Below are positions 60,658 through 64,000 of a stretch of DNA of 64,000 nt, in pieces (the first letter of the stretch is position 1; each line of letters opens with the position of its first letter). The notes beneath the pieces are model-generated. The model was not told the DNA's origin and did not search any database. It saw only the letters and a list, made by a program, of their open reading frames with translations. The position numbers were made by a program, and so were the translations under genes. Origin of the DNA: Candidatus Endomicrobiellum agilis (GTDB lineage Bacteria > Elusimicrobiota > Endomicrobiia > Endomicrobiales > Endomicrobiaceae); contig JAIXMX010000002.1 in the NCBI GenBank assembly GCA_020328155.1, positions 1,847 through 65,846 on the forward strand. The letters are read 5' to 3'.

Positions 60658-63450
60658 GTGAAAATGAATGAAGAAAAAAATTATTCAAAGACGTTAAATC
60701 TTCCTAGAACAGATTTTCAGATGAAAGCAAATCTTGCGCGGAAAGAGCCTGCTTTTATTGAGGAGTGGGATAAAGAGCATCTTTATATTAAAATCTGTGA
60801 AAAAAATAAAAACCGAGAAAAATTTATTTTTCATGATGGTCCTCCTTATGCAAATGCAAGTATACATATAGGAACTGGACTTAATAAGGTTTTAAAAGAT
60901 TTCATTGTAAAGTATCGTTCTATGTCTGGAAATTATGTGCCTTTTACTCCCGGTTGGGACTGTCACGGTCTTCCTATTGAACAACTTGTTTTAAAGGAAA
61001 TGAAAATCGACAAAAGTAAAGTTGATAGGCTCGTTTTCAGGAAGCAAGCTGCCGATTTTGCAAGAAAGTTTATTGAAATACAGAAAAGTGAATTTAAAAG
61101 GCTTGGTGTTATAGCAGATTGGGATCATCCTTATTTGACTCTAGATCCTAAATACGAAATGTCTATAATAAAAGTTTTCGGCGACTTGGTAAAAAAAGGA
61201 TTTATATATAGAAGAAAAAAACCTGTTTATTGGTGTCCTACTTGCGAGACGGCTATGGCGGATGCCGAAGTTGAATATGCGGATATTAATTCGGATTCTA
61301 TTTTTGTAAAGTTTCGGATAATATCGCTTCCTGAAGCGTTTAAGACCAAAGAAACTGTGTTAGAAGGTTTTTCCGTGCTAATATGGACAACAACTCCGTG
61401 GACGCTTCCTGCAAATGTCGCATTGGCTTTTAATAAGGACTATGAATATGTCGCTGCGGTTTATAAGTTTGAAGATCTAAGAGAGGAAAAGCTTATAGTC
61501 GCGAAAGATTTGGCTGAAAGCGTTAAAGATAAAATAAAAGCCGTAAATTTTGAGATTGTTTTTAAAGCTAAAGGTGTTGATTTTGTAAATGCGAAGTGCC
61601 AAAGTCCGTTGATTGCAGACAGATGGTCACAGTGTATTGTGGCTGAATTTGTGAGTGTAGAAGATGGAACCGGCATAGTGCATATAGCGCCGGGACATGG
61701 ACCGGAAGACTATCAAGCAGGATTGGAATACGGTCTCGAAATTATATCTCCTGTCAACGATAAAGGGTTGTACACAAAAGAAGTTCCAGAATTTGAGAGT
61801 ATTCACGTTTACAGAGCAAATCCTTTGATAATAGAAAAGCTTGAGAAAGAAGGAAAAATTCTGGCGAAATTAAGATTATCTCATTCGTATCCACACTGCT
61901 GGAGATGTAAGAATCCAATAATTTTTAGAGCTACGCCACAGTGGTTTTTGTCGGTGGAGCATAATGATTTGAGAAAGAGATTATTGGAGTCTGTGAAAAA
62001 CGTCCAATGGATCCCAAAATATGGCGAAAATAGAATAACGGCAATGCTTGAAGGACGTCCGGACTGGTGTTTAAGTCGCCAGCGTTTGTGGGGAGTTCCT
62101 ATACCTGTGTTTTACTGTGGAGAATGCGGCGAACCGCTGCTTGATTCTGAAGTTATAGACGGGATATCGGCATTGTTTGGAGAGAAAGGATCTAATTCGT
62201 GGTTTGAAATGAGTGCAGAAGAACTTTTGAAAGGAACCGTTGTAAAATGCTCTTCGTGCAATTGTTCAAATTTTAAAAAAGAAAAAGACATATTGGACGT
62301 ATGGTTTGATTCTGGTGTTTCTTATGAAGCCGTTTTGTCAAGTGGAAACTATAGAGATTTGGAATATCCCGCGGATTTATATGTTGAAGGAAGTGACCAG
62401 CATCGCGGATGGTTTCAAACTTCTATGATCCCGTCTGTGGCAATAAAAGGAAAATCGCCTTATAAAAGTGTTTTGACGCACGGTTTTGTTGTCGACGGAC
62501 AAGGAAAAAAAATGTCAAAGTCAATAGGCAATATTGTGTCAAGCGAACAGTTAATAAATAAATATGGAGCCGATGTCGTCCGTCTTTGGGTAGCTTCAAG
62601 CGATTACAAAGAGGACATAAGAATATCTGATGAGATTATAAAAGGTTTAAGCGATACTTATAGAAAAATAAGAAATACAATAAGATTTTTATTGGGAAAT
62701 CTCGCCGATTTTGATTTAGCGACACAGGCTTTGCCTTTTGAATATATGCAGGAGACTGATAAATATGCGTTGAACAGGCTTCAGCAGCTTATATCGTGTA
62801 CTGTATCCTCTTATAAAAATTACGAGTTCCATAGAGTCGCGACAGCGATAAATAACTTTTGCATAGTATTTTTAAGCGGTTTTTACCTTGATGTTTTAAA
62901 GGATGTTCTCTACTGCGATAAAAAAGACAGTAGAGAAAGGAAGAGTGCCCAGTCTGCAATGCTCGAAATCTGTTCCGTTATAATAAGGCTTGTGTCGCCG
63001 ATACTTTCGTTTACCGCTGAAGAAGCTTGGAAAGAAATGAGAAAATTAGTGCATGATCTGCCGCAATCGGTTTTTCTTGCGGATTTTCCGGCGGCAAACG
63101 GTAAATGTATTCTTAATGTCGAAACACTTGAAAAATGGGAAAAGATATTTTACGTAAGAAAAGAAGCGTTAGCTTCTTATGAAAAATTAAGGCGGAACAA
63201 AGTTATAGGTTCAAATCTTGAGGCTTCGTTAAATATAACGTACGGACAAAAATATAATGAAGTTTTTAAAGATATGAAACTTATGAATCTGACGCTGGGT
63301 AGTTGGGATATAAAGTGTAACTTCTCGGATAAAGATGATTTGCTAATAGAAGCTGCAAAATCAGAGTACGGAAAATGTGCAAGATGCTGGAGACATATCG
63401 ATGGTATAAAAGACGGATTATGCCCAAGATGCAGAGAGGTTGTCGAATAG
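60658..63450 (+). CDS. ileS: Isoleucine--tRNA ligase (type 1, C-terminal Zn-binding Cys pairs)
   Basis: HIGT variant of HIGH (PPYANASIHIGTGLN), KMSKS and the C-terminal CARCWRH...CPRC. The start is either the GTG at 60658 or the ATG at 60664. Confidence 0.97.
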   Translation: MKMNEEKNYSKTLNLPRTDFQMKANLARKEPAFIEEWDKEHLYIKICEKNKNREKFIFHDGPPYANASIHIGTGLNKVLKDFIVKYRSMSGNYVPFTPGWDCHGLPIEQLVLKEMKIDKSKVDRLVFRKQAADFARKFIEIQKSEFKRLGVIADWDHPYLTLDPKYEMSIIKVFGDLVKKGFIYRRKKPVYWCPTCETAMADAEVEYADINSDSIFVKFRIISLPEAFKTKETVLEGFSVLIWTTTPWTLPANVALAFNKDYEYVAAVYKFEDLREEKLIVAKDLAESVKDKIKAVNFEIVFKAKGVDFVNAKCQSPLIADRWSQCIVAEFVSVEDGTGIVHIAPGHGPEDYQAGLEYGLEIISPVNDKGLYTKEVPEFESIHVYRANPLIIEKLEKEGKILAKLRLSHSYPHCWRCKNPIIFRATPQWFLSVEHNDLRKRLLESVKNVQWIPKYGENRITAMLEGRPDWCLSRQRLWGVPIPVFYCGECGEPLLDSEVIDGISALFGEKGSNSWFEMSAEELLKGTVVKCSSCNCSNFKKEKDILDVWFDSGVSYEAVLSSGNYRDLEYPADLYVEGSDQHRGWFQTSMIPSVAIKGKSPYKSVLTHGFVVDGQGKKMSKSIGNIVSSEQLINKYGADVVRLWVASSDYKEDIRISDEIIKGLSDTYRKIRNTIRFLLGNLADFDLATQALPFEYMQETDKYALNRLQQLISCTVSSYKNYEFHRVATAINNFCIVFLSGFYLDVLKDVLYCDKKDSRERKSAQSAMLEICSVIIRLVSPILSFTAEEAWKEMRKLVHDLPQSVFLADFPAANGKCILNVETLEKWEKIFYVRKEALASYEKLRRNKVIGSNLEASLNITYGQKYNEVFKDMKLMNLTLGSWDIKCNFSDKDDLLIEAAKSEYGKCARCWRHIDGIKDGLCPRCREVVE

Positions 63451-63930
63451 ATGAAAAGACCGCTGCTGATAGGTATTATTGCACTTATTTTAGATCAGCT
63501 TACAAAGACTTTAGTGGATAAATTTATAGACTATGCTTCTTCAGTCAATGTTATTTCGTTTCTTGATTTTTTCAATATTGTAAACGTTCGTAACACAGGA
63601 GCGTCTTTCAGCATGTTTCAAGGCAGGAATTCATTATTTGCGCTTATGGTGTTTTTGTTTTTGTCTGCTGTATCGATATGGCTTTATAAAAACTGGAATA
63701 AAATTCGCAAAGTTCAGAGATATGCTTTTTGTCTTGTTATTTCGGGAGGGCTTGGGAATCTTATAGATAGATTGTTGCGTGGTGCTGTTGTTGATTTTCT
63801 TGATTTTGGGATTAATTCTTTAAGATGGCCTGCATTTAATGTCGCCGATTCCTGTATTTTTATAGCAGCAGTTATTATTTTTGTTGATATCTTGATGTTT
63901 TCTAAGCGGCAAAAGGAAGAAAAGGTATAA
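63451..63930 (+). CDS. lspA: Lipoprotein signal peptidase (SPase II)
   Basis: NTGASFSM, GNLIDR and FNVAD motifs. Directly follows ileS. Confidence 0.93.
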   Translation: MKRPLLIGIIALILDQLTKTLVDKFIDYASSVNVISFLDFFNIVNVRNTGASFSMFQGRNSLFALMVFLFLSAVSIWLYKNWNKIRKVQRYAFCLVISGGLGNLIDRLLRGAVVDFLDFGINSLRWPAFNVADSCIFIAAVIIFVDILMFSKRQKEEKV

Positions 63931-63932
63931 AT

Positions 63933-64000
63933 ATGCACCCAATTCTTTTTAGATTTGGAAGTTTTACAATCTATACTTATGGTCTTTTTATGGCTGCGGC
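63933..64000 (+). CDS. lgt: Prolipoprotein diacylglyceryl transferase, N-terminal fragment (runs off the window)
   Basis: MHPILFRFGSFTIYTYGLFMAA matches the Lgt N-terminus pattern. It follows lspA. Only 22 codons are visible. Confidence 0.55.
   Translation, partial: MHPILFRFGSFTIYTYGLFMAA

Overview
Visibly AT-rich chromosomal segment from a diderm bacterium. The diderm call rests on TamB, LolC/E-LolD, GT9 heptosyltransferase-like enzymes, outer-membrane barrels and ileS-lspA-lgt. Most of the window is housekeeping: lysS, ilvE, argH, a lysA-dapF-dapA-dapB-dapL lysine cluster, queF, the distal dcw block murC-murB-ddl-ftsQ-ftsA-ftsZ, nadC-birA, ybaB, ogg, eno-ftsB, recA, metK-ahcY and yggS-proC-yggU. 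Four parts are not ordinary. (1) At the 5' edge, a head-to-tail array of variable lipoprotein cassettes shares a near-identical ~200-bp 5' module. Each module holds a conserved 40-codon ORF missing from the ORF track, and each gene has an in-frame (ATATGT)n repeat inside its signal peptide. The array ends in an orphan module. (2) Next to it lies a stand-alone DnaA domain-I-like ORF. (3) A compact Tad/Flp pilus locus has an untracked flp pilin gene and a TadZ-like domain fused to TadA. It shows no secretin or prepilin peptidase and ends in a barrel gene. (4) An envelope cluster (GT9-metK-ahcY-GT9-GT2) is followed by an FN3/FlgD-Ig-tailed secreted protein that overlaps a barrel-TPR gene. More than 6 kb of the window is ORF-free spacer. 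The largest is a ~2-kb relic-like tract between ftsZ and nadC. No rRNA, tRNA, CRISPR array or transposase could be supported.
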